Origin: a virus
Lineage: Duplodnaviria; Heunggongvirae; Uroviricota; Caudoviricetes
Reading direction: 5' to 3' (one strand)
Length of the DNA stretch: 64,000 nucleotides
Virus record (IMG/VR): IMGVR_UViG_3300010885_072628
The stretch's first letter is position 1, and each line of letters starts with the position of its first letter. Made by a program: the position numbers and the translations under genes. The notes below the pieces were generated by a model. It made no database searches, had not been told where the DNA came from, and saw only the letters and a program-made list of their open reading frames with translations. Below are positions 47,378 through 56,774 of the stretch, one piece after another.

Positions 47378-47860
47378 ATGATAATCAAGCCCCCACAAAA
47401 CATAGCCCTCAGAGACAGCGAATATTCAATTTTTTTGGCTGGTTCAATCGAAATGGGTTCAGCAATTGATTGGCAAAAAGATCTTGGAGAACATCTATCC
47501 GGCAAAGGCTATACAGTGTACAATCCAAGACGAGATGATTGGGATAGCACTTGGGAGCAAAAATTTGAAAGCCCTCAATTTTACCAACAAGTGAATTGGG
47601 AATTAAACGCTCTGGATCAAGCGAATTACATCGTGATGTATTTTGATCCTAAAACTAAAAGCCCAATAAGTCTTTTGGAATTAGGACTTTATGCAAATAC
47701 TAACAAATTATATGTGATTTGTCCCGAAGGCTTTTGGCGAAAAGGAAATGTGGATATTGTTTGCAACAAATATGATATCCCACTTTTCCCCGACATTGAA
47801 GAATTCAAGAACAAATGGGAAAACTTTGCCATTAAAAAGAGAATGTGGGGAACAAGATGA
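47378..47860 (+). CDS. nucleoside 2-deoxyribosyltransferase-like protein
   Basis: SIFLAGSIEMG...W (N-terminal Rossmann-like motif). SPISLLELGLYANTNKLYVICPEG with the conserved Glu, as in NDT/DNPH1 enzymes. Confidence 0.5.
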   Translation: MIIKPPQNIALRDSEYSIFLAGSIEMGSAIDWQKDLGEHLSGKGYTVYNPRRDDWDSTWEQKFESPQFYQQVNWELNALDQANYIVMYFDPKTKSPISLLELGLYANTNKLYVICPEGFWRKGNVDIVCNKYDIPLFPDIEEFKNKWENFAIKKRMWGTR

Positions 47861-48039
47861 AAGTTAAAAGCTTTAAAGTTTTAAGCCTCAACGAAACATT
47901 GTCTAGAGAAGAATTAGACAAACTGTGGAAGGAAGAATTGTGGGTTGCAAACAGACCAAGAACATGGTATGAATGGTTCTGCTGGACTTTTGACGGTAAA
48001 TATAATATTTTTAATTGCAGCGGAGAAAATCATGGCTAA
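47845..48039 (+). CDS. hypothetical small protein
   Basis: 64-aa ORF. Confidence 0.25.
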   Translation: MGNKMKVKSFKVLSLNETLSREELDKLWKEELWVANRPRTWYEWFCWTFDGKYNIFNCSGENHG

Positions 48040-48391
48040 AAAAGCAAAAGCAAAAGAGACGAAACTTCCCAAAAATAGACAATACATAATTTTGAAACAT
48101 GATGGCTACGGTGTTTTAGAACCTTTTACTTCTCTAGGCATTTCTGGAGCTTGTATTTATGATGGAAAGGACATCACATCTATAGAGGACGCCATTTGTG
48201 GGGCGTATGAGGAAATCGGCGGAGAAATTGAAGAACTTGAAGAATGGGATGGATCCGACATCGTAATTTTATCTGTGGAAAACGAACTCGAATATATCAA
48301 GTCTACTATTAAAAAATATCATTCAGATGTCGAGACAAAAGAAAAAAGAGAGTTGGCACGACTAAAAAAGAAATATGAAGGTAAATCATGA
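48032..48391 (+). CDS. cassette-family protein (type B N-domain, MAKKAKAKETKLPK...) with the ELARLKKKYEGKS tail
   Basis: ATG at 48032 after GGAG. Tandem paralog of 48388..48753. Confidence 0.4.
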   Translation: MAKKAKAKETKLPKNRQYIILKHDGYGVLEPFTSLGISGACIYDGKDITSIEDAICGAYEEIGGEIEELEEWDGSDIVILSVENELEYIKSTIKKYHSDVETKEKRELARLKKKYEGKS

Positions 48392-48753
48392 ATAAAAAAG
48401 CAAAAGCAAAAGAGACGAAACTTCCTAAAGATGGAAGATACATAGTCCTAAGAGATGACGGGGGTGGTTTGAGCCTTTTCGATTATTCGTCAGGGGCAAT
48501 TTACATCTATGATGGAACGGAAGAATTAGAGGACGCAATTTGTGGTGCTTACGAGGAAATCTATGGGGAAATGAGTGAAGAATTTGATGATGACGATATA
48601 TACAGCGAGAATTACCTAGATCAAATCTGCATTTTTTCTTTGGAAGATAAACCCGAATACATCAAGTCTACTCTTAAAAAATATCATTCAGATATCGAGA
48701 CAAAAGAAAAAACAGAGTTGGCACGACTAAAAAAGAAATATGAGAAAAATTAA
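48388..48753 (+). CDS. cassette-family protein (type B). Tandem duplicate of 48032..48391.
   Basis: MNKKAKAKETKLPKDGRY...ICGAYEEIYGE...YIKSTLKKYHSDIETKEKTELARLKKKYEKN. Confidence 0.4.
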   Translation: MNKKAKAKETKLPKDGRYIVLRDDGGGLSLFDYSSGAIYIYDGTEELEDAICGAYEEIYGEMSEEFDDDDIYSENYLDQICIFSLEDKPEYIKSTLKKYHSDIETKEKTELARLKKKYEKN

Positions 48754-49123
48754 AATGAATGAAGATGCCGATTATCGCTCAGTCGCTTTCGCTTGGCTCG
48801 GCGGCGGACTTGGAATTTTATTCTGGTTTACCTGCGTTTTCATCTTGCCAACGCTCATTGTCTTGGGCATCATCTTCACTCTTGGTCTTGGCGACAAGCA
48901 AAAAAATAAACCAGAAGCTATTTACACATACAGAGACAGCATAACTTTCATGGATAAAGATACTGACGAAAGAGTCATTCAGTTAAAGAATGTAGAGTTT
49001 AGAGTTTTAGGCAAAGGCTCTTTCATGTATCAAGTCCAAGATGGAGAAAAAGAAGTTTTGGTTTGTGATGAAATTCCGCTCAATACATATCCAATGATTC
49101 GAAAAATAGAAATAAATGAGTAG
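48740..49123 (+). CDS. membrane protein
   Basis: Two TM helices (GGGLGILFWFTCVFILPTLIVLGIIFTLGL). Confidence 0.35.
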   Translation: MRKIKMNEDADYRSVAFAWLGGGLGILFWFTCVFILPTLIVLGIIFTLGLGDKQKNKPEAIYTYRDSITFMDKDTDERVIQLKNVEFRVLGKGSFMYQVQDGEKEVLVCDEIPLNTYPMIRKIEINE

Positions 49124-49185
49124 ATTCAGAGCTTCATGTTCCAAGAGTAGAAGATATTGTTTTAAATGCTGCTAGGATTATTAGT

Positions 49186-49578
49186 ATGACAAAGAAATAT
49201 ATCACAGAGAATATTAGAACTATTGATTTAGATGATATGATTCACACCGACATAGATTCCTTTATTACTATGTTTGCTGAAATCAAGAAAGAGTATCCCA
49301 ATGATAAGATAGCTGTTTCTTTCAACAAACATGAAAAGCTGGATTATAATGATTACGATACTTGCTATGTTTGTGAATGTACCCACACCCTTGACTTTAC
49401 TCTTAATAGGATAGAAACCGATAAAGAATATGACAATAGAATAAATAGATATAAGAACCAAAAAAAGGCAAGACAAAAAGCTAAAGAAGAAAAAATAGAG
49501 AAAAAGAGACTAGAAAAAGAAGCTAATGATAAAAAAGAATATCTTAGATTAAAAAAAATATATGAGGGAAAACCATGA
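49186..49578 (+). CDS. cassette-family protein (type A) with the EYLRLKKIYEGKP tail
   Basis: NRIETDKEYDNRINRYKNQKK... Confidence 0.4.
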   Translation: MTKKYITENIRTIDLDDMIHTDIDSFITMFAEIKKEYPNDKIAVSFNKHEKLDYNDYDTCYVCECTHTLDFTLNRIETDKEYDNRINRYKNQKKARQKAKEEKIEKKRLEKEANDKKEYLRLKKIYEGKP

Positions 49579-49772
49579 GTACATTTGAAGTTTACTACGT
49601 TATCCGAAAAGAAGACAAAAAACAGGTCGATAAGATTGTGGCTGGTCCTTATTACGAATTACTTGAAGCTTTTGATGCCATAAAAAAATTAGAGAATGAT
49701 CACAGAGAATATTCTTTTGAAGTTATGACCCATGTGCTCAAACTCATAGATGGCGTCATAGATGGCGATTGA
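49575..49772 (+). CDS. hypothetical small protein
   Basis: 65-aa ORF. Confidence 0.25.
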   Translation: MSTFEVYYVIRKEDKKQVDKIVAGPYYELLEAFDAIKKLENDHREYSFEVMTHVLKLIDGVIDGD

Positions 49773-49778
49773 AAACAC

Positions 49779-49976
49779 ATGACAATATACAAAAACTCTT
49801 ACGATAACCGACTGTATTTGGTTTACAAAGTCAGTCCTCCTAAAATGACAGGAAGTTACTTTGTTTGCGAAGATTATTACACAAAAGAAACTTACAATAT
49901 GACGGATGGCGGAAGATATAGCTTTAAAACTTTGAAGCAAATAGCGACCACAACAACAGAAAGCCCACTAAAGTGA
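49779..49976 (+). CDS. hypothetical small protein
   Basis: 65-aa ORF. Confidence 0.25.
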   Translation: MTIYKNSYDNRLYLVYKVSPPKMTGSYFVCEDYYTKETYNMTDGGRYSFKTLKQIATTTTESPLK

Positions 49977-50179
49977 CAAAATCTGAAAAACTTCAATCTC
50001 TAAAAGATTTGACTAACGAAAATTTACTTAGTATTTATTCTAATTACGTTAGGTATGATCATTATAGCGAAAGTGAGCAGCCATTCCCTTTTGATATAGA
50101 GTTGCTTCAATTGAAAATAGAAGTAAAAGATATCGAGGAATTGGTCTTGTCAAGAATGAGATGGGAAACAGGAATTTAG
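49973..50179 (+). CDS. hypothetical small protein
   Basis: 68-aa ORF. Confidence 0.25.
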   Translation: MTKSEKLQSLKDLTNENLLSIYSNYVRYDHYSESEQPFPFDIELLQLKIEVKDIEELVLSRMRWETGI

Positions 50180-50557
50180 ATGATTATGGTAAACAAAATT
50201 AAAAAACCTACTATATTAAAAGAAGTGGTTAAAGGCTTGTGGGTGGGTGTTCATGAACCAAAAGAGCCGGAAACCGTTCAAGAAAAGATTGAAAGAAGAT
50301 TTCAAAAAAGAGAAATTTTCAGCAAACCATTAATTCCCAAAAAGGCAAGAAACATGGATTTTTCAAGAGAAGATTTGTATGAACTAGAAAAAAGATTGAA
50401 ATCAAAAGGTGAAGACATATCTGCCGAAGAAATAGCAGGCATTTTCCAAGAAATCATCCCAGATTTGAAAATTACTGACGAGCCGGGATTGGTTAGTTTT
50501 TTAAATCGCAAACCCCGACTAGCCGTCCAAGAGTTTTCGCAAAAAGTAGAAAAATGA
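50180..50557 (+). CDS. hypothetical protein
   Basis: 125-aa ORF. Confidence 0.3.
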   Translation: MIMVNKIKKPTILKEVVKGLWVGVHEPKEPETVQEKIERRFQKREIFSKPLIPKKARNMDFSREDLYELEKRLKSKGEDISAEEIAGIFQEIIPDLKITDEPGLVSFLNRKPRLAVQEFSQKVEK

Positions 50558-50877
50558 AAATAAAAGTAATTAAGACAACACGCCCGTCAGTTCTTATCAA
50601 AGAAATCAGTTGTGACGAAGGTTTTAAACTTGATTCAAGTTTTAAATTCTGGACCTCAATTGAGTTTTCTACTGATGTCCCCATAGAAGAAATTGCCAAG
50701 AATCACGATGAAGCTCATATAATCTGCGACTATGACAACGGCATCAGAGAAACGTGGAGTTTGTTGGATGCTCGTATAATGCCACTTAGTGATTGGGACG
50801 AAGTCCGTAGTTTCAATGTTTACACAGCAACGTATTCAAATTGCAATTTTTTTCAAGAGAAGATTTACCTGAACTAG
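50554..50877 (+). CDS. hypothetical protein
   Basis: 107-aa ORF. Confidence 0.3.
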   Translation: MKIKVIKTTRPSVLIKEISCDEGFKLDSSFKFWTSIEFSTDVPIEEIAKNHDEAHIICDYDNGIRETWSLLDARIMPLSDWDEVRSFNVYTATYSNCNFFQEKIYLN

Positions 50878-50910
50878 AGATCAAGCCAGATTTAACAAAA
50901 GGATACAAAA

Positions 50911-51564
50911 ATGACAATTAACAAAAAATTCCGCTGGACTTTTCATCTTGATACCAAAGAAGATGAAGTTCAACTAGGCGACTCGTCTGTTTTTGTAAAA
51001 TCAGTAGAACTCCCAGTGGTTTCAAGCAATCTCGTCCTGGGCCCACCGCACAAGAAATTTACTTCATTAAAAGTTGTATATTACGACGCCAAAGATAATC
51101 GAGATTTCAAAAAATTGATTGTATCAAAACTCGGATACGTTAAATTCAAGGGAACTTTGGTTTATTACGATAGATCAGGAGACGAGACAGATAAAATAAT
51201 TTTTGATTTAGGAAGTGCAACCATTAAGTTCTCAGATCTTAATTATCTCGATAGCGAAGAATGTACAATCTCTATTGAGTTTGAAGTAAAAGGAATGAAT
51301 TTTGATGAAATCAAATCAAAAGAACTTTCTAAAGACATTAAAAATGATGTTGATTACATTAAATACCAGAAGTCTTCGCCCAAAAGTTATTCGTCTAAAA
51401 TAGAGCCATATCAACCAAAAGAGTTCCCAGCATCACAATGGCAGCCACATACAGACGGAACAACGAGAGGATTCTACGGAGAAGTTGTACCAGCTGTTGG
51501 TCTGATGGCATCGCACGATTTTTTCCGCCAATGGCATGGTGCTCCAACAAGTAAATCCTCGTAG
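50911..51564 (+). CDS. hypothetical protein
   Basis: 217-aa ORF. Confidence 0.35.
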   Translation: MTINKKFRWTFHLDTKEDEVQLGDSSVFVKSVELPVVSSNLVLGPPHKKFTSLKVVYYDAKDNRDFKKLIVSKLGYVKFKGTLVYYDRSGDETDKIIFDLGSATIKFSDLNYLDSEECTISIEFEVKGMNFDEIKSKELSKDIKNDVDYIKYQKSSPKSYSSKIEPYQPKEFPASQWQPHTDGTTRGFYGEVVPAVGLMASHDFFRQWHGAPTSKSS

Positions 51565-51654
51565 ATTGAAATATAATATCTACTAGGAGCTTGTCGGGAC
51601 GCAGTGGCACTCAAAGAGCTTGTGAACCGTCAAGCTGAAGTGGGCTGCGAAATC

Positions 51655-51701
51655 GGGGCTAATTTAAAATTTGCCCGCTAAAAAAATTGTACCCTAATAA
51701 T
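51655..51701 (+). promoter_or_regulatory. copy 5 of the AAAAAAATTGTACCCTAATAAT motif, with an upstream AATTTAAAATTT. Drives the tRNA-Gln.
   Basis: Core 51680-51701. Lies in the duplicated segment 51596-51701 (the copy at 26857-26969). Confidence 0.5.
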
Positions 51702-51802
51702 AGACATGGCAGAGCGTCACATTTGTAATGTGAATGTTGTCCGTTCAACTCGGACTAGTAGCTCTTGATTTTCGTTTTAAAATTTGTTAAAAATGAAACT
51801 AC

Positions 51803-51875
51803 TGTCCGGTAGCTTAATTGGTTGAGCAAGGGATTTTGGTTCCCTAGGTTGCAAGTTCGAGTCTTGCCCGGACAT
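51803..51875 (+). tRNA. tRNA-Gln (anticodon UUG)
   Basis: Manual fold: acceptor TGTCCGG/CCGGACA (7 bp), U8A9, D-arm GCT/AGC, anticodon stem AGGGA/TCCCT with loop TTTTGGT (UUG), variable loop AGGTT, T-arm GCAAG-TTCGAGT-CTTGC, discriminator T. No encoded CCA. Confidence 0.8.
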
Positions 51876-51879
51876 CTAC

Positions 51880-52113
51880 GTGAAAGAAAATAAAATGAAA
51901 ATTGAATCGAAAGGTAAATTGGAGTGGTTTGATCCTTCATTACAAAACTCTATAATATTAAATCAAAACATAAATGATTCTAGTGAGTGGAAGTGTAGGT
52001 TGTTTGGAATAGATAGCTTCCTTTTTATCCCACAAAAAGGAAGAGAGCCAAACATATTCTGGAGAACTATGCAATATTTTTTATTGGGTAATAAGTGGAG
52101 CAGAGATGGATGA
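51880..52113 (+). CDS. hypothetical small protein
   Basis: 77-aa ORF immediately after the tRNA. Confidence 0.25.
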   Translation: MKENKMKIESKGKLEWFDPSLQNSIILNQNINDSSEWKCRLFGIDSFLFIPQKGREPNIFWRTMQYFLLGNKWSRDG

Positions 52114-52333
52114 AGTGAGTAATCACACGAACCTCCAAGACATTGCCTCTGAATTGATAGAACACCTTCAGAAAACCACCAAATTGCCACTAGGATGCGA
52201 TTTAAGCGACTTAGGCAATGAAATTGGGATTTCTATTGGCAAATACATAAACGAGGCTAGAATGGGCTATGAGCTTGATTCCTTTGTATCAGGGATCAAG
52301 CACGGCGTCAGCTTGATTGACGGAACTCATTAA
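52106..52333 (+). CDS. hypothetical small protein
   Basis: 75-aa ORF. Confidence 0.25.
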   Translation: MDEVSNHTNLQDIASELIEHLQKTTKLPLGCDLSDLGNEIGISIGKYINEARMGYELDSFVSGIKHGVSLIDGTH

Positions 52334-52351
52334 TTCGCAGAAAGCTATTTT

Positions 52352-52738
52352 ATGGAATTAATTTCTGTAGAAGATGACGAAGACAAAGGTTTGATTTTTA
52401 GAAAAGAATCAAAGAGTGGCTTTATTGAGATTGGGGTTTTTCGTGTGATGTTTGGTTGGAGAGTCAGGGCTGGCTTTGTCAATAGTTTTGGGGGTTGTGA
52501 ATTAGATTGGTGTGCAGGCGGCAATTGGAATGATGTAGAGCGTCTTTACTCTCTGTGCCTTGCCATTCTTTCAAAAAGAGATGAAAATTATGAATGTTTC
52601 AAGGGTATACCGCTTTATTCGCAAATAAAGCCTTTTTATATGGATAGAAGCTTTTTGGAAATAGTTTCTAAAGAGGCTGGTGATTTTGAGCTTTTTAAGT
52701 TAGAAAAAAATCTTTGTGCAGAAAAGGAGAATGTATGA
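52352..52738 (+). CDS. hypothetical protein
   Basis: 128-aa ORF. Confidence 0.3.
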   Translation: MELISVEDDEDKGLIFRKESKSGFIEIGVFRVMFGWRVRAGFVNSFGGCELDWCAGGNWNDVERLYSLCLAILSKRDENYECFKGIPLYSQIKPFYMDRSFLEIVSKEAGDFELFKLEKNLCAEKENV

Positions 52739-53043
52739 GCGGGGGATATTTTGAATACAAACAATACGATTTAAATGCTATTGCTGATAGCATTGAACAA
52801 GTGATCAGAGATTGGGAAAATAAAAAATTATCAGAGTATGAAAATCTTCTTAAATGGGATTTTAAAGACCCTCAAACGATCTTAGAACTACACAATGCTC
52901 TGGATATTTTAAAGAAGGCAATCGTTTGCACTCAAAGAGTCGATTGTCTTTTGTCTAGCGATGATAGTGAGGAAAGTTTTCACGCCAGACTTAAAGAAGA
53001 CCTTGAAAGTATAAAGACAGATGGAAACACTAAACCTAATTGA
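52714..53043 (+). CDS. hypothetical protein
   Basis: 109-aa ORF. Confidence 0.3.
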   Translation: MCRKGECMSGGYFEYKQYDLNAIADSIEQVIRDWENKKLSEYENLLKWDFKDPQTILELHNALDILKKAIVCTQRVDCLLSSDDSEESFHARLKEDLESIKTDGNTKPN

Positions 53044-53524
53044 TATTGACAACCGAAGTCAATGCTTAGAGCTTTATGAGTTTATACTAGCAAACTGCTC
53101 GGAGGCTAAAGGTTCTAGTCATAACCACCAAAATTGGATTGGTGGTTATTTTGATCATATTGAAGAAGTTTGTAACTATGCACAAAAGCTATATGAATTA
53201 TTAAGCCAAGATAGAAAGCTAGATTTTAGTCTTTCTGATGCCTTGTTGGTTCTTTTTTTGCATGATTTAGAAAAGCCTATTTACTACTCTGATTTTGGTA
53301 AAAATATAATCAAGACAGAAACAGAATGTAAACAGTGGTTTTTTGATAAATTTAAATTAAAACTAAAAGAAGAACATTTGTTGGCTATCAAATATATTCA
53401 TGGCGAGGGCGACGATTACAGAAATGACAAGAGAATAATGAGTCCCTTGTGTGCATTTTGCCATTGCTGTGATATAATCAGTAGCAGAATATTTTTTAAC
53501 TTTCCATTGAAGGGAAATGAATGA
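53021..53524 (+). CDS. HD-domain phosphohydrolase
   Basis: SSHNHQNW...HIEEV...LLVLFLHDLEKP (H...H...HD..K pattern). Confidence 0.45.
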   Translation: METLNLIDIDNRSQCLELYEFILANCSEAKGSSHNHQNWIGGYFDHIEEVCNYAQKLYELLSQDRKLDFSLSDALLVLFLHDLEKPIYYSDFGKNIIKTETECKQWFFDKFKLKLKEEHLLAIKYIHGEGDDYRNDKRIMSPLCAFCHCCDIISSRIFFNFPLKGNE

Positions 53525-53799
53525 GAATACCAAGATTCTGCTGGTATAAGTCATCCGTTGTAGCTATTGTTTGCATTCCTCTAACTGCGGGGGTGGGAGT
53601 CGGCCTGCTTGGTGGTAGTCCGAATCCATGGGAGGATGATCGAGAGGATCGAATTCTAGCCGCCGAGAAAGATGCGACTACACCAGAGAACAAATTAATT
53701 AGTGAATTGAGAGGATTGAGAATTGCTGCCGAGAGGATTGCTGCCGCACTAGAAGATCAAAATAAAGGGAAAAGATTCAATCTTTTTGAAAGTCCTTAA
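53521..53799 (+). CDS. hypothetical protein
   Basis: 92-aa ORF in a locally GC-richer stretch. Confidence 0.3.
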   Translation: MRIPRFCWYKSSVVAIVCIPLTAGVGVGLLGGSPNPWEDDREDRILAAEKDATTPENKLISELRGLRIAAERIAAALEDQNKGKRFNLFESP

Positions 53800-53801
53800 A
53801 T

Positions 53802-54347
53802 ATGCATAAGTTTCAAGATTTGCTTAGAACGGACATGGATCCTGTGACGGAACAGCGAGAGGCGATTCAGCGGCTTGCTCAAATCGTTAGGCAAAGTCGT
53901 TTGCTTTGGTGGCCAGACTGTGACCTCGTCCCAGAACAATTCGGGTTGTTGGTTGTCGCTTATTATTCAATCTATGATCTCATGTTGCTTGATTTGCTTG
54001 ATGAATCTAAAGATTTGGTCACGCCGATATTTGTCGCTAATCTTGATGATTACAGCACTGTCGAAGAGCTACGGAATGATATTCCTGGAGTTAAGGAAGT
54101 ATTACAGACTCCCGTTTTTGCATCCTATAAATGTGGTTGGCAAGGGGATGTAAAGAGCGGCAAGAGTGCAAGAGAGGCGGTTGGCGAATTTGCCGGGATT
54201 AGTGCTAAGAATATGTCTCAACGTTTTGAAGAGTTTTTCAAGGAATACGCCCACGCCCTGCTCAAGATGAGGAGCCTCATCGCCAGCAAAGAGTTCAACA
54301 CTGCCGCAGCACTAGAAGATGGAAGCAGAAAAGGAATAAAAAAATGA
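53802..54347 (+). CDS. hypothetical protein
   Basis: 181-aa ORF. Confidence 0.35.
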   Translation: MHKFQDLLRTDMDPVTEQREAIQRLAQIVRQSRLLWWPDCDLVPEQFGLLVVAYYSIYDLMLLDLLDESKDLVTPIFVANLDDYSTVEELRNDIPGVKEVLQTPVFASYKCGWQGDVKSGKSAREAVGEFAGISAKNMSQRFEEFFKEYAHALLKMRSLIASKEFNTAAALEDGSRKGIKK

Positions 54348-54619
54348 GAGAATTAAAAGAAGTAGAATTCAAAAAAATCCGTGAAAACGCTGTTTATAAG
54401 GAAGATGAAGTAATCATAAGAGTGCAACCACAACATGGAGATACATTAAAAAAGTTTAAAGATGCCATAGAAACTATTGAGGTTCTTAAAAATATTGCTA
54501 TAAAAGCTTACAAAAAAGAAAATCTTTATAGTCCTGAAGAATCAGATTTCTGTTCACTTGATTACAAGATAAAAAAGGGTGTCGTTACTATTACAATAAA
54601 GAATGGTATGGTTGGGTAG
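54344..54619 (+). CDS. hypothetical protein
   Basis: 91-aa ORF. Confidence 0.3.
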   Translation: MRELKEVEFKKIRENAVYKEDEVIIRVQPQHGDTLKKFKDAIETIEVLKNIAIKAYKKENLYSPEESDFCSLDYKIKKGVVTITIKNGMVG

Positions 54620-54757
54620 AAAAATAATTATCCATACTCTATTGTTTTTAGTTGCAGTTAGCTTAACATTAAAAATCTTCCCCAAAACGGAGGCGATGTA
54701 GGTGAAAATCCTACACTGCAACTATTAAAAATAACAAGGAATAAAAAAGGAATAAAA

Positions 54758-55234
54758 ATGAAAAATTTAGAAGAATTGTTGGGTCGATGGGAACAAACAC
54801 GGCTTTTAGAGGAAATTTCTGATCATGACCGAAAAGTGGCTGTTGCGAGTTGTCTTGAAACTCAGAGAGTTGTAAACGAAAGCACTTCTAGTCCAACAGA
54901 ACATATTATGTTGTGGAAAAGACTTTCTATTCCTATTACACTAAGAGTTTTTTCTTCAACAAACAATTTATTTTATGGAGAAAATTATGATAATTTAGCC
55001 GAGCACAGATCAAATTTTCAAATATTGAAAGTTAAGTATGATTTTGCTGATGAGAATAGAATGGATAGTCTCTATAGTTCTCAAGAGTTGGCTAAACAAA
55101 CAGAAGAAGTTGCTAGATTTTCTGCCGCCGTCACTTTAGAATTAAACGAAATGTTTGGAGATGTTTCTCGAAACAATAAGATTAGTTTTAACGGATTCAT
55201 GCCTACTGAAGTGGGGTTCTTAGTGTATGTTTGA
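54758..55234 (+). CDS. hypothetical protein
   Basis: 158-aa ORF. Confidence 0.35.
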   Translation: MKNLEELLGRWEQTRLLEEISDHDRKVAVASCLETQRVVNESTSSPTEHIMLWKRLSIPITLRVFSSTNNLFYGENYDNLAEHRSNFQILKVKYDFADENRMDSLYSSQELAKQTEEVARFSAAVTLELNEMFGDVSRNNKISFNGFMPTEVGFLVYV

Positions 55235-55691
55235 GAAGTATAGAGATTTGATTGTCGTGATTTTATTGCTTTTATCGCTTTTATTAGTTTATTTTTTACC
55301 AAATTATAGTTTGTATGATTATTTAAAATCAAAGAGAATAGATTATTTGAAATCAAAGAGACTAGAAAATCTAAAAAATAAAGAAGAAAAAAAATACGTT
55401 TTAGTTGTTTGTGAAACATGTAATGGAACTGGAGAAACCGAGCAAGACATAAATTTGCTCATGCTTCAAGCGTCATTCTCCGTGTGGTACAACATCCACA
55501 TCACATCAGATAAGTGTGAAAAATGCTCTAAAGACAAATTTTGCGAAACGGCTAAAAAAAGATATGATGAAATAATGGATCGGTACAAAAATCTTGAGCC
55601 AAGAAAAGAAGCGGCAAACTGTCCCGACTGCATGGGAATGGGGAGCTATAAGCAACACGAAGGATTTAGAACTGGAACAGAAAAGTTATGA
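55227..55691 (+). CDS. membrane-anchored protein with DnaJ-type CxxCxGxG zinc-finger motifs
   Basis: N-terminal TM. CETCNGTGE and CPDCMGMGS. Confidence 0.35.
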   Translation: MFEKYRDLIVVILLLLSLLLVYFLPNYSLYDYLKSKRIDYLKSKRLENLKNKEEKKYVLVVCETCNGTGETEQDINLLMLQASFSVWYNIHITSDKCEKCSKDKFCETAKKRYDEIMDRYKNLEPRKEAANCPDCMGMGSYKQHEGFRTGTEKL

Positions 55692-55860
55692 ACTCTTTAG
55701 AAAAAATTAACGATCATCATTACAGAAGTCCAGATGGGTATTTTTTGTTTAGACCTGACACTCGTGCTAATTGTTGGGTCTTTATTCCTTTTGAAAAAGA
55801 ATTTGATAGCGACAAGCTATTGAGCATATTTAATACGTTGAAACAACTGGAGAGCGAGAA

Positions 55861-56568
55861 GTGAGTTACACATTAAGAACAATACCGCTGGGTCTCAGAT
55901 TTTTATATCAAAAAGGCTCAGAAATACATGTTGGATACGTGCAGGAACGATCTCCTTCAGGCGATTGGGTGTGGGTTTGGCGGGAGTCTGGTGATAGTGC
56001 TTGGTATTTCTGCGGATGTATGAGTTACTGGGGAATCCGCCGAGACGACAATCTTCCTTGCATAGATTTATTAGAGGTGTTAGATGATGAAGATGAAGAT
56101 TATGAAGATCGTCGTGAAGTAGAATATCAAGAAAAGCAGGAACATTTAAAAGATATAAAATCTATATTAGAAGAACAAAGCCCAAGTAAAATTCAAAAAG
56201 AATTACTTCGAGGAATAGATTTTCATCAAAAAGCACTTAAATTTGCAAAAAAGTATAGAGAGGATACTACCGATACGATCTTGTATTTTCCAACACAAGG
56301 TGTGATGCAGCCAAATATTTTTCAAGTCGTAGATAATTTGTCATATTTTTCTACAGATGAAATTCACTTATTAATTTCTTCTGAAAATTATGTAGAAAGA
56401 ACATCTTGTGGTGAGCCTATAATAACCAGAGAAGAAGACGGAACTTTAACATCTATCATCGATGTAGCAGCGAGTCAGCTATCATTATTGATTTCTGGTG
56501 AGTGGGAGCTTCCAGATGGATGGGATATTAAAAAATACAAAATTTTGTATAAAAAGAACGTAGAGTAA
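55861..56568 (+). CDS. hypothetical protein
   Basis: 235-aa ORF (GTG start per track). Confidence 0.3.
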   Translation: MSYTLRTIPLGLRFLYQKGSEIHVGYVQERSPSGDWVWVWRESGDSAWYFCGCMSYWGIRRDDNLPCIDLLEVLDDEDEDYEDRREVEYQEKQEHLKDIKSILEEQSPSKIQKELLRGIDFHQKALKFAKKYREDTTDTILYFPTQGVMQPNIFQVVDNLSYFSTDEIHLLISSENYVERTSCGEPIITREEDGTLTSIIDVAASQLSLLISGEWELPDGWDIKKYKILYKKNVE

Positions 56569-56588
56569 GCTACAAAGAAAGTGGGTGT

Positions 56589-56774
56589 ATGCTATTGCCT
56601 TTTATTTTTTATTTTTCACAATCTTTAGAAATCCCTGAGTATATTCCTAAAAATAAATATGCTCAACATGTCCCGTACGAATTTCTAGGAAGTGTGCAAG
56701 AAAAAAATAAAGGCATAATGGAATACAATCCGATAGAGAAGTTGATTGAAAAGCAGAACGAAAAAATAAAATGA
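56589..56774 (+). CDS. hypothetical small protein (doubtful)
   Basis: 61-aa ORF. Confidence 0.2.
   Translation: MLLPFIFYFSQSLEIPEYIPKNKYAQHVPYEFLGSVQEKNKGIMEYNPIEKLIEKQNEKIK

Noticed and set aside
53875-54153. Alternative-frame ORF inside 53802..54347
   Set aside because: Fully nested in a longer same-strand ORF. No independent support.
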